Shown here: positions 5,902 to 14,920 of the stretch, in pieces
How positions within the stretch are numbered: position 1 is the first letter of the stretch
Layout: each line of letters begins with the position of its first letter
Source of the DNA: a virus
DNA: 21,133 bases
Strand: one strand, 5' to 3'
Virus record (IMG/VR): IMGVR_UViG_3300020185_000302
Position numbers and translations under genes: made by a program
The notes under the pieces: model-generated
Seen by the model: only the letters and a program-made list of their open reading frames with translations
Database searches by the model: none
Told to the model about the DNA's origin: nothing

Positions 5902-6795
5902 TTATAATTCTGCAACGAAGAGTGATGGTTCAGAAACCGCAACACCTAATCTCCATCTCATCAAACCTCTCATTTCGTCGTTATCCTGAGAATACCACAA
6001 TCTGAACTGTTCGAAGTCTGAAGTTAAGTCAGTACCCATGAAGAGTGCTGATGTTGGTCCCATGTACTTCTTATTATCACCTACAAGTCCACCTGAAGCG
6101 ACCGCTCTAACCTGTGTACCTGGTACGAATACGTTGGTAGCACCTGGTTCGATATGGAAGTAGTTACCTTGTGTGATACCTAAGACTAACGCTCTGTAGT
6201 TCTGAGGTGACAAGATTAATACTAAGTCGTCCATTGTGTAAGACTTATCGGGTAAAGCTGCGTACATAGCTTGTGCGTTTGCAACAGCGTTTGAAGCTGT
6301 CCACTGAGTTGCACTTGCTCCACTAACTGTTCCGTTAGCAACTGTCAAGATGTCAGTCAAACCTGAGTAAGCACCGTCACCATTGATGATGAAGTTCTCA
6401 TTGTAGTTATGCAACTTACCTACAAAGTGTTCTGCCAACGACTCCTCGAAAGGAATAGAAGTACCACCGTTGTAAGCACCTGCTGCTAACTGTTGTGAGA
6501 AGAAAGTGTCTCTCAATGTTTGAACACACTGAACCACGTTTACTTTATTATTTTTTAGTGTCATTGGAACGACTGAAATAGTGGTATCACCACTAGCATT
6601 CCAACCACAATCTGCACCGTTCTGTACATCAAAATCAGTGTCTAAGAGGGGAATATCAACTGAGTTTCCCTGAAGTCCAACACGGACATTCATAAAAGAT
6701 GCTAAATTGGTTTCTAAGATAGACTTCGAAATAAGTCCAAAAGACTCCTGGTCTATATATCCCGCAATAGCTGTTACATCAAATCCTGTAGCCAT
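5902..6795 (-). CDS. Major capsid protein (HK97 fold).
   Basis: It is 297 aa and preceded by an acidic scaffold gene. Motifs such as ...NFIINGDGAYSGLTDIL... and the C-terminal ...LRWRLGVAVSEPSLFVAEL are typical of HK97-type capsid proteins. By eye its G+C is higher than that of its neighbours. Confidence 0.8.
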   Translation of the reverse strand: MATGFDVTAIAGYIDQESFGLISKSILETNLASFMNVRVGLQGNSVDIPLLDTDFDVQNGADCGWNASGDTTISVVPMTLKNNKVNVVQCVQTLRDTFFSQQLAAGAYNGGTSIPFEESLAEHFVGKLHNYNENFIINGDGAYSGLTDILTVANGTVSGASATQWTASNAVANAQAMYAALPDKSYTMDDLVLILSPQNYRALVLGITQGNYFHIEPGATNVFVPGTQVRAVASGGLVGDNKKYMGPTSALFMGTDLTSDFEQFRLWYSQDNDEMRGLMRWRLGVAVSEPSLFVAEL

Positions 6796-6807
6796 AATTA
6801 TTGTTTT

Positions 6808-7383
6808 TTATTTTAATTTATTGTAAGATTGTTTACGGAGTTCTAAAATGGTTTTCATTCTAGCATCAGCAACACTATGTTCAGCTTTGTTTAAAGCGTT
6901 GATATTGTTTCTGATTTTATCCGTAGCGGGCTCATCTTTAAACTCGCTAAATTCACCCTTCATAGTATCTATTTGGGCTTGGATGTCATCGAACTTTGGA
7001 GAAAGTGCTCCGACAATTTGTTTAATGAAGTCATCACCGAACTGTTCTTTTTCTTCGACAATAACTTCTTCTTCTACTTCTTCCTCCGCTACTTCGGAGA
7101 TTTCCATTATCTCACCGTTGTCTCCAACACCGATAAGTAATCCGTCTGTGGTTTCGTGAATACCTGATGGTGCGTAAGGACTTTCGACCCCTTCTTCAGT
7201 TCTGATAAGTAATCTCTTACCTACTTCCAACTCACCATCTGTGTATACCACTGTACCGTCAACTAAGGTTGCTTCCGCAAGTGCAATATCAGTAGTTTCT
7301 GTTTCAGTTTCGAGTGATACATTCTTTTCATCCTCTACTCCTAACATAACTCTGATTTTGTAAAGTGCTTCTTGTGCAGTCAT
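6808..7383 (-). CDS. Scaffolding protein.
   Basis: It is a 191-aa acidic protein (EEEVEEEVIVEEKE) with a helical C-terminus, immediately upstream of the capsid gene. Confidence 0.6.
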   Translation of the reverse strand: MTAQEALYKIRVMLGVEDEKNVSLETETETTDIALAEATLVDGTVVYTDGELEVGKRLLIRTEEGVESPYAPSGIHETTDGLLIGVGDNGEIMEISEVAEEEVEEEVIVEEKEQFGDDFIKQIVGALSPKFDDIQAQIDTMKGEFSEFKDEPATDKIRNNINALNKAEHSVADARMKTILELRKQSYNKLK

Positions 7384-7414
7384 TTTTTTAAGAATTTATT
7401 TGTTTATTTGGTTT

Positions 7415-7422
7415 TAAATATA
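7415..7422 (-). promoter_or_regulatory. TATATTTA box 32 nt upstream of the scaffold ATG. Candidate internal promoter.
   Basis: The octamer is identical to the P1 box and lies in a 45-nt intergenic gap. No TTTG box is present at -33. Confidence 0.3.
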
Positions 7423-7428
7423 AAAACG

Positions 7429-7599
7429 TTATTTTTCGTCATTTTTCTTACATACCTCCTTATATATTCTAATTGCGGTATAGATTATAGATATAGTTAG
7501 TAGTAATAGTTTTAAGACCATCTCCACATTCATAAACGATACTGTTAAAGCCCCACTGTTTAACAGAATGACTTTATCATTAATAATTTGTTTTAACAT
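7429..7599 (-). CDS. 56-aa single-pass membrane peptide (not in the ORF track).
   Basis: My own translation is MLKQIINDKVILLNSGALTVSFMNVEMVLKLLLLTISIIYTAIRIYKEVCKKNDEK*. The ATG at 7599-7597 overlaps the upstream TAA (TAATG). It has a hydrophobic helix followed by a charged tail. Confidence 0.45.
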   Translation of the reverse strand: MLKQIINDKVILLNSGALTVSFMNVEMVLKLLLLTISIIYTAIRIYKEVCKKNDEK

Positions 7600-8969
7600 T
7601 ATTTAACTTGTTTTAAAATATCTTTGATATCATTTAATTTTGTTTCAGGGTCAATTTCTTTCATTTTTTGAATAAATCCACCAGCCAAACTAAATCCTCT
7701 AAGTTCTCCCTCTTTGATAAGGTTCCACGTTTCATCATCATTGATTTTATAACTAACATACCACGTTCCTTCCGGTAATGCGAATCCGTACTTGTAACTT
7801 TTATCATGTTTTATACTTTCACTAATCCAACTTTCGATTAAGGTATTTTCTGTTGTAATATTCTCATCGTGGTTGATATCAGTATTGTTGTGTTTATTCT
7901 TAGCAAAGAACTTCTCAGACATCTTTCTAATGGTCTCCTTTGTAAAATAAATGTAGAATGGATTACCATCTTCATCTCTACGTAATATCATCTTATTTGG
8001 TATCATAACGGGTCCTGTTACAATTCTCTTTTCATCGTCATAACTAAAGTTCCAACTCTTAGGTTTTTTAATATATGCGTTATTCTTAGTTGAACCTTGA
8101 GGTGCTGGTTGATTTCTATTGTTAGACTTCATTGCATTATTCTCATTACGATTTGTTGGAGTATTAGATGCAATGATTACCTTAGTCCCCGTTTCTCCTT
8201 TAAACACTTCTAATTTAGTCCAATAATGAACACAGTTAGGTCCCCCTTTCCAACTTAGTTTAGAGTAAGGTGAATTTCCTCTTGGACCAAAATCTCTATT
8301 TAAAGAACTCATCTTATTTACCTCATCGGTTGTAAATATCTTACCTGCATTTGCTAGTCTTAACATTGCTCTACAGAAGTCTCTTTGTGCTGATGGTCCT
8401 GTATATTTCCAATAAGTCTCAGGTGGATTGTCTTTTTTGATAGTTAACCTTTTCAATATATCTAATGACCTAATAGCTGTTACAACGTCACCAACACCCG
8501 CAAATTGATTTAAGGTCATATCCATATACAAATCATCTTTGGTTATGTATACACCGTTCTCATCGTTCTCAGCAAACTCCACAATAGCTAACTTCTCTTC
8601 TTCAGAATAACCTTGAGGTGCTTTCTTACATTTACCGTTAGCTTTCTTACCATACTTACAATTATGTTCTTCCATTTCAGTTGGACCATGTACTGCTTCC
8701 CATTTACTATGACAGATTGCAACAGCTTGTTCTTGTGGTTTACCTTCACCTATCTCAACACCGATACATCTTTCCATATAGTCATCATGGCCTTCACCAG
8801 TATTTGGTTCTACAAATTCTTCTTCATTAAAATATAAGAAGTCTGTTTGAATTGCTGGTTGGTCTACAAAGGATATTATATCAACACCCATTTCATCAAA
8901 CAACTCCTCATCCAATTCGTCGTCACTTATATCTAATTCAACTATCTTATCTATTTTTTCGTCAATCAT
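7599..8969 (-). CDS. XkdF-like (putative prohead protease-like) protein carrying a large internal insertion with a Mu F / SPP1 gp7-like minor-head motif.
   Basis: XkdF-type motifs are ISFVDQPAI (aa 32-40), RIVTGPVMIPNK...DGNPFYIYFTKETIRKMSEKFFAKNKHNNTDINHDEN (aa 315-370) and GTWYVSYKINDDETWNLIKEGELRGFSLAG (aa 401-430). The insertion (aa ~47-310) contains QAVAICHSKW and RDFCRAMLRLANAGKIFT...GGPNCVHYW. Confidence 0.7.
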   Translation of the reverse strand: MIDEKIDKIVELDISDDELDEELFDEMGVDIISFVDQPAIQTDFLYFNEEEFVEPNTGEGHDDYMERCIGVEIGEGKPQEQAVAICHSKWEAVHGPTEMEEHNCKYGKKANGKCKKAPQGYSEEEKLAIVEFAENDENGVYITKDDLYMDMTLNQFAGVGDVVTAIRSLDILKRLTIKKDNPPETYWKYTGPSAQRDFCRAMLRLANAGKIFTTDEVNKMSSLNRDFGPRGNSPYSKLSWKGGPNCVHYWTKLEVFKGETGTKVIIASNTPTNRNENNAMKSNNRNQPAPQGSTKNNAYIKKPKSWNFSYDDEKRIVTGPVMIPNKMILRRDEDGNPFYIYFTKETIRKMSEKFFAKNKHNNTDINHDENITTENTLIESWISESIKHDKSYKYGFALPEGTWYVSYKINDDETWNLIKEGELRGFSLAGGFIQKMKEIDPETKLNDIKDILKQVK

Positions 8970-10744
8970 AATCTTGAAAGGTTTTCTATCTGTTGATTTG
9001 CCTGTTGTGCTGATGTTACATCACTTGCAATTACATAGGCTTGTATTGTTGGTGCTTGATTAGACTGTGCACCTGTAATATCTATATCTTCACCAGCACC
9101 TGTTGTAGTAGCCGGTATTGTAAATTGTGGTGTAGGTCCCGCACTTATATTTGGAGCTGGTACAGATGGTCCTGGTACATCTATCGCTAATATCTTTTTA
9201 ACATTAGCTAAACCTGCTGCGATTGCAACACCCGCTGCAATAGCAGGAAACGGTGGTGGTGCTGGTGTGTTTTTCAATGCATTGTTAGCAGCCGCATAAG
9301 TATCTATTGTAGCTGATGCGACAGCTGCTGCTTTACCTAATGCTGATTGTTCACCTGCTATTTGTGATATAGCTGCAAATGCTGATGATGTAATCGATAA
9401 TGCACTTTCTAATTGTGCTTTACGTATTTCTTCTGCTGTTTTTGCTTCTTCTTCGGCCTTATCAATTCTCTTTTGTGAAAACTCATCTTCAAGCGCTTCT
9501 TTTTGTTTTTCGAACTCTTCTTGTATTGCAAGTTTTTCTTCGTCAGTTGCTCTTAATAACTCCAACTCTTTCATTGCAGCCTCTTCAGCTAACTGAAGTG
9601 CTCTTAAGGCTTGTTGTTCTTCATCTTGAATGTTCTCAGCCCTCATCTGTTCTATCATATCATTGATAGATTGTTTTCTGTCCCTTTCCTCTAAGTCTAA
9701 CTCACGTCTTAACTGTGCTGACTCCAAAGTTACAATAGACGCTTCCTGTTCTCTTGCAATTCGTTCTGCGGTTGCTCCCGCTAATTCTGACTCTAACTCT
9801 CTACGGTCTTCATCGTTCTTTGTAATAGCTAACTTCTGTTTCAACAGACTTTCCTGTGCTTGTGCCTCTATCAGTGCATTCTCTACCAACTGTTCGTTAG
9901 CTTCAATAACCTTTTCAAGTGCTTCACTACGTTCGTCATAAGCGCGTGTTGTATCTTCACTAATCTTTTTCTGTTCTTCTAAGTCTTTGGTTAGTTGTGC
10001 ATTCTGTACTAATAGTTTGTTTTGTAAAGCTGCAAATCTGTTGTTTGCATCGATGAGGTTGTTTGTGGTTTCAATTGCAGTTTGTACTTGTTTTACTACA
10101 TTACCTACAACTTCCGCTGCAGTGTTGAATGCCTCTACTGCTTTGTCTGAGAAGTCTTCAACTCCTAACGCCACCTTAGCTACCGCATCAGTAGCAATCT
10201 TTCCTGCTTCACTAAAGTTACCTTTGAACAACTCACCGATTGCATCTGAAAGTGACGGTATTAATCCTAAGATACCTTCAAACCTTGTAATAATATTATC
10301 AATGATTGCTCTACCGAAACTCTTAAGTGATTCTAAGGGGTTCTCAAAGAGTTCAGACAATGGTTCACTTAATGATATAACAAAGTTGTAAAGGTTCTCA
10401 AATACCACCCCTACTGCAGCTGTAGCACCCTGTAGTATCTTAGCACCTGTGTCAGTCTTTTTGAAGAATTCAATCAACTGAGCAAATGCAGTTAGAAGTA
10501 ATCCGATACCTGTAGCTGCGATTGCACCTTTGAGTAGGGTAAATGCTGACTTACCTTTTTTACCTAACTGTGTTAAGAACCCTCCACCTTTCTTTGAGGC
10601 TTTACCTGTATCCTCTATTTCATCGTTTACTTCTTTTTGTTCTTTTGCTACATCTTGTAAAGCATCAGACAATTCATTAAGGTCAGTTATATAACCATCA
10701 ACACCTTCGACTTTGAAAAATATTTGTACCTCTTCTTGTGCCAT
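8966..10744 (-). CDS. Tail tape measure protein.
   Basis: It is 592 aa with N-terminal hydrophobic segments (LLKGAIAATGIGLLLTAFAQLI) and a long Glu/Lys/Gln/Ala coiled coil. The C-terminal Ala/Gly/Pro-rich hydrophobic region (AAAVASATIDTYAAANNALKNTPAPPPFPAIAAGVAIAAGLANV) is typical of tape measure proteins. Confidence 0.75.
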   Translation of the reverse strand: MAQEEVQIFFKVEGVDGYITDLNELSDALQDVAKEQKEVNDEIEDTGKASKKGGGFLTQLGKKGKSAFTLLKGAIAATGIGLLLTAFAQLIEFFKKTDTGAKILQGATAAVGVVFENLYNFVISLSEPLSELFENPLESLKSFGRAIIDNIITRFEGILGLIPSLSDAIGELFKGNFSEAGKIATDAVAKVALGVEDFSDKAVEAFNTAAEVVGNVVKQVQTAIETTNNLIDANNRFAALQNKLLVQNAQLTKDLEEQKKISEDTTRAYDERSEALEKVIEANEQLVENALIEAQAQESLLKQKLAITKNDEDRRELESELAGATAERIAREQEASIVTLESAQLRRELDLEERDRKQSINDMIEQMRAENIQDEEQQALRALQLAEEAAMKELELLRATDEEKLAIQEEFEKQKEALEDEFSQKRIDKAEEEAKTAEEIRKAQLESALSITSSAFAAISQIAGEQSALGKAAAVASATIDTYAAANNALKNTPAPPPFPAIAAGVAIAAGLANVKKILAIDVPGPSVPAPNISAGPTPQFTIPATTTGAGEDIDITGAQSNQAPTIQAYVIASDVTSAQQANQQIENLSRL

Positions 10745-10762
10745 TATTATTATATATAATTT

Positions 10763-12874
10763 TTACCTGTTTAGTAGTTTGATAAGGTCAACTTTTACTG
10801 ATGCTTTCTCCCCTAATGGAACATCGTATATTTTTTCAACGTAGTAATATGCATCTTTGACGAAGATTACATCATCGAAACTAAAGTCTACTAAGTCTTG
10901 TGAGTTCAATACAAAATAAGCTGTAACTCTTCTTGCCCATTTATCATATAATGATTGAATGTATTGTGACCAATATATATCATAAACTGAACTACCGATG
11001 TTTTCATTGTGTTTATCAAATTTAATAAATCCTACTTCTCTTTGCCATGATAGGTCAGTAGTACTCGCGCTTACAGGAAAGTCAGAATATGGACTTACCA
11101 TTGGATAAGTTGTAAATCCTGTTGTTCCACCTCCGTCAGCTTCAATAAACCAATTATCAGTAGTAAAGGGGGGTGTAACCGTATTTTTAATACCGTTATA
11201 GAACGCTAATCTATCTTGTGATACAACGGGTTCATGTCTTGTATTTGTGTCAGTAGCTTCAAACTTATTAAGTTGTGGTAAAATACAATTATCAAATCCA
11301 CCGTTTGATTCTGATGCCCCTCTAATTTGTGTTACAATAGTAGGTTGTATGGTTGTTTCAACTTTTCTTTCCCCATCTAATAATATGTTATTAGAAAAAA
11401 TATTAAGAGTTCCAAACACTTCCTCAAATTCGTCTTTATATAATACATTATATTCATCACCCCCCTCTTTATCTGTAAAGATTATTTTAGATGTTTGAGT
11501 ATAAAATAACGGATTTAATTTAAAGTCCTTTGATACATTTAATTTATCTGTCCAATCAAACTCATCACCTGATGCGATATAGTTCGACCACGGTTCTATA
11601 ATGAAGTTAGATGAGTTGTTTTTATCAGGTGCAAGAACCAATCTGAACTTTGTGATGATATCTCTAATAAAATCTATCTTCTTGTAGTTGTTTGATAATA
11701 GAGGTGCAATTGATATTTGACCTGGTGCATCTAATACTGTTAATGTACCTGTTCCGTTTAACTCAGAACTTGGCGAACTATATCTAATATTAACTTCCTG
11801 ACCGGCAGTTAATGAACCAGTTGTATATACATCAGATAAACTTGCAATAAAATCACCTTCTTGGTCAGGTATAAATTCGTCACTCACAAAATCTACTTGA
11901 GTACCATTAACATATATTCTTAAAGTTACAGTTGCTTCAGGGTCTGTTGTTGTTCCTTCACCGATTAACTGATATCTAAAACTATAACCCCCCGTTATAG
12001 GTACAACATATCTTCCACCTGAGAAGTTATTACCAGGGTCGAGTATAATATTATCTAAGTCTATTTCACCTGTTGCGGGTAAGTCACCTTCAGCTTGACC
12101 TATATTTTGTAAATTGTCAGTATATATACTTGCTTCATTACCAAATGCACTAGAATATAACTTTTGAAATGTTTCACCTGATAAAAATGATGAGCTATAA
12201 GTAAACCCCGCTTCCTGAAAGATTGCATCCCATACAGCTTTTGCTCTAATCATAGGTTTAAATCTTTCCCTATCTAACGCATTAATTGAACTAGTAAAAG
12301 GTAATCTACCACTACCTGTTGTAATTGATATCTCACCCTCGACAGGTTCATTATTACCATTGTATGTATTACCGTGGTCAATAAGGGGATATATAACATC
12401 ACCATCAAATAACCCATCTGTACTCGCACCTTCAGGAAAGGCTTGCCATGATAATACTACATTATCTGTTGTAAGGTCATGGTCATAAGCTGATAGGTCT
12501 AATTCGTTTAAAGTACCCTCACCAATTGATGTTGCTAATGAACGTGTTGAACCAAAAAAGATAACCTCATAGTCAATCTTCTCATTCTCCCTTGTAATAT
12601 AGATGTTATTTAATCTTAACTCCCCTTGTCTAAATAGATTACCATCAATCATCAACTGAGCATCAATCTTCTGTGTAATATCAAAGTCAAATCCATTGAT
12701 ATCAAATGCAGTTGTAAAGAACTCAGAATTGTTAGATGTAGCAGGTATTCTAAATGTTTGAGTAAACTCAGAACGAGCTGAAGTATCCGTTATGTCTTCA
12801 ATTGCAAAGTTTAACTTAGGGGGGTCAAACTGATATAAGTCTAAGTATATATCACCTACTCTAATCTGTACCAT
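10763..12874 (-). CDS. Large tail-tip / baseplate-hub-like structural protein (703 aa).
   Basis: It is adjacent to the tape measure gene. The N-terminus (IRVGDIYLDLYQFDPPKLNFAIEDITDTSARSEFTQTFRIPATSNNSEFF) resembles tail-tip proteins of Bacteroidota phages. The functional call rests on position only. Confidence 0.5.
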   Translation of the reverse strand: MVQIRVGDIYLDLYQFDPPKLNFAIEDITDTSARSEFTQTFRIPATSNNSEFFTTAFDINGFDFDITQKIDAQLMIDGNLFRQGELRLNNIYITRENEKIDYEVIFFGSTRSLATSIGEGTLNELDLSAYDHDLTTDNVVLSWQAFPEGASTDGLFDGDVIYPLIDHGNTYNGNNEPVEGEISITTGSGRLPFTSSINALDRERFKPMIRAKAVWDAIFQEAGFTYSSSFLSGETFQKLYSSAFGNEASIYTDNLQNIGQAEGDLPATGEIDLDNIILDPGNNFSGGRYVVPITGGYSFRYQLIGEGTTTDPEATVTLRIYVNGTQVDFVSDEFIPDQEGDFIASLSDVYTTGSLTAGQEVNIRYSSPSSELNGTGTLTVLDAPGQISIAPLLSNNYKKIDFIRDIITKFRLVLAPDKNNSSNFIIEPWSNYIASGDEFDWTDKLNVSKDFKLNPLFYTQTSKIIFTDKEGGDEYNVLYKDEFEEVFGTLNIFSNNILLDGERKVETTIQPTIVTQIRGASESNGGFDNCILPQLNKFEATDTNTRHEPVVSQDRLAFYNGIKNTVTPPFTTDNWFIEADGGGTTGFTTYPMVSPYSDFPVSASTTDLSWQREVGFIKFDKHNENIGSSVYDIYWSQYIQSLYDKWARRVTAYFVLNSQDLVDFSFDDVIFVKDAYYYVEKIYDVPLGEKASVKVDLIKLLNR

Positions 12875-14271
12875 TATCCTCTTAAACTATTTAATTTATG
12901 TGCAATTCTAAATCTTGTTGTCGCTTGAAATAACTTATCTTTTCTAAATGTCTTTTCAGTCCATACAGTATCTTCTAATACTACGGGGTAAAAGTCTGTC
13001 TCACCTTCAAACCTAACTTTTACATCAGGACTTAAATAAAGGTTTTTAAGGAACTCTGCTTCCTCATCTGATAGGTAATCAGTGTTGATGGTATATCGTT
13101 CCTGTAAGGACTGTGAAAATACCTTCTCACCCCTATCGTATGTGTTTACTTCGTAGTCCTGACCACCCCATGTTCCGTCAACCTGTTCATAAGTGTTTCT
13201 ATTGATTGATATATCATAATCACGTCTTTTTCTAAATGTAAAGTAATCTCTAAAACCTAATGAGTTTAACCAACTTACATCGACATACTCAAAGTCATTA
13301 CATGAACCATCATCAACATTAAATCGATAAACATTACTTATCGGAGTGTCCCAAAATGTGTTAGAGTCGGCAGGACATGCTTTAACAAATGATGCAACAA
13401 ACCAATGGGTCGCATTAGATGTATCACCAGTATACATATTATGTCCACATTGAACGGTTATAACATCATAGGGGTATTCATCATATCGTGTTCCTCCAAC
13501 AACTGTATTAGGACCCCCTCCGTTTGATTGTATGTTCTCAATAAAAAAGTCATCCAATTGTGTTGAACCACTCATAATAGTTACCCTAATTGCACCGATT
13601 GTTTTTCTTGAGTCATCTAATGCTACAGCTTTAGGTACACATCTGTTAACAAAACTTAATGTTCTTTTTGCTTGAGTATCAGCGGGTATGGTTTGTGTTA
13701 ATACAGTTTCACCTGTAACCCATGCAGGAGTATCCGCACTAGACTTAGGTCCTGATAAATCACTTAATGCAAATATTCTATCTCTACTAATGGGACAACC
13801 AAGCAATTCAGATATTCTAGATACATACTGGTTTTCATCCTCCCAATCTAAATCATAGTAAGGTTTTCTACCACCTATTACACAATATGAACCCGTAGTT
13901 CCTGATGCAATCTCATCCACATCAAACCCATCTAAATCAGTTCCTACTTGACCTATAAATCTAAATGTTTCATATGCACCATCAGTCAATCCTGTAATTG
14001 ATTCTAAGTTAGGATTAGGGGTTGTTTGATTCTTTAATATATTCTGTAAGTCAAAGTGAGCAGTCCCTGATGGGTTCTCAAATTGTCTTAGAGTTGCAAT
14101 AGTACTACCAGTTGTTGTTGTACCGGTTGTAATAGGTAATATATTCAAAGCAAATTTAACTTGGTCTGTTGCACCCCCTGTGTCCTCAAGGGTGAATATA
14201 TTCTTACCAAATGATAGGTTTCTATCAGGTGGTGTATTTCTTAAACTAGCTACTGGTGTTGGTCCCGCCAT
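12874..14271 (-). CDS. Tail-tip associated structural protein (465 aa), function unknown.
   Basis: It is TAATG-coupled on both sides within the tail gene block. No family was recognised. Confidence 0.45.
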   Translation of the reverse strand: MAGPTPVASLRNTPPDRNLSFGKNIFTLEDTGGATDQVKFALNILPITTGTTTTGSTIATLRQFENPSGTAHFDLQNILKNQTTPNPNLESITGLTDGAYETFRFIGQVGTDLDGFDVDEIASGTTGSYCVIGGRKPYYDLDWEDENQYVSRISELLGCPISRDRIFALSDLSGPKSSADTPAWVTGETVLTQTIPADTQAKRTLSFVNRCVPKAVALDDSRKTIGAIRVTIMSGSTQLDDFFIENIQSNGGGPNTVVGGTRYDEYPYDVITVQCGHNMYTGDTSNATHWFVASFVKACPADSNTFWDTPISNVYRFNVDDGSCNDFEYVDVSWLNSLGFRDYFTFRKRRDYDISINRNTYEQVDGTWGGQDYEVNTYDRGEKVFSQSLQERYTINTDYLSDEEAEFLKNLYLSPDVKVRFEGETDFYPVVLEDTVWTEKTFRKDKLFQATTRFRIAHKLNSLRG

Positions 14272-14723
14272 TATAATACTGCTTTTTCCATTATTTTTAT
14301 TACTAAGTCTGTCACGTCTTCAGGGTAGAATCTAAATGCATCAATACCCGCAACATATTTACTATTTGTTTTTTGACCAAACTTATAACCTGTTGGTTCA
14401 TTGAATGCACTTGCAACATCTTCTGTTAATCCAAATGCACCTTTACGTTTTCTACCATCTACACCGAAAGAAAGAAAATAACCGTAGACTAACATAGAGA
14501 CCTTTAATTGTTCTCCACCAGCAGTTACACTCATACTTCTTCTTAAGTTTCCTGTGCGGTTCTTAAAAGGTTGGTTTTTAATACCTCCTGAACCTCCCTT
14601 TTGAAGTTGTATTTGTAATTGCGTAGCAAGTTCTACTAACTCACGGGGTATGTCTTTCTCGACATAGTCTACCGTGTTTAGTATATTATTTACTAAGTCA
14701 TCTATGTTATCCGTTACAGGCAT
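14271..14723 (-). CDS. HK97 gp10-like tail/neck component.
   Basis: The TGNLRRSMSV motif and the 150-aa size fit the HK97 gp10 family pattern (TGxLrrS). Confidence 0.6.
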   Translation of the reverse strand: MPVTDNIDDLVNNILNTVDYVEKDIPRELVELATQLQIQLQKGGSGGIKNQPFKNRTGNLRRSMSVTAGGEQLKVSMLVYGYFLSFGVDGRKRKGAFGLTEDVASAFNEPTGYKFGQKTNSKYVAGIDAFRFYPEDVTDLVIKIMEKAVL

Positions 14724-14920
14724 TATTTATCCTTGTCTTTCTTTGAGATAAAACTCCATACAAAACCTACTAATGTGATTAGTGCTCCGACTACCTCCAT
14801 TAATAACGCTTCGTCAATTATACCTGCGGTGACTAAGTATCCACCCGCAAATGTTAAAATGTGTCTTAAAATTCCTTTAATCTTTTCGTCCATAATTCTT
14901 TGTATTAATCTTTTTATCAT
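14723..14920 (-). CDS. Holin-like small membrane protein (two predicted TM helices, Lys/Asp-rich tail).
   Basis: The 65-aa sequence is MIKRLIQRIMDEKIKGILRHILTFAGGYLVTAGIIDEALLMEVVGALITLVGFVWSFISKKDKDK. It has an ATGA overlap with the fibre gene and a TAATG overlap with the next gene. No endolysin is adjacent. Confidence 0.45.
   Translation of the reverse strand: MIKRLIQRIMDEKIKGILRHILTFAGGYLVTAGIIDEALLMEVVGALITLVGFVWSFISKKDKDK

Noticed and set aside
8966-10744. The tape measure region as the site of a tail-chaperone -1 frameshift pair or of a lysin domain.
   Set aside because: No small overlapping ORF pair with a slippery site precedes it in the transcription direction. I recognised no peptidase or lysozyme motif in its sequence.
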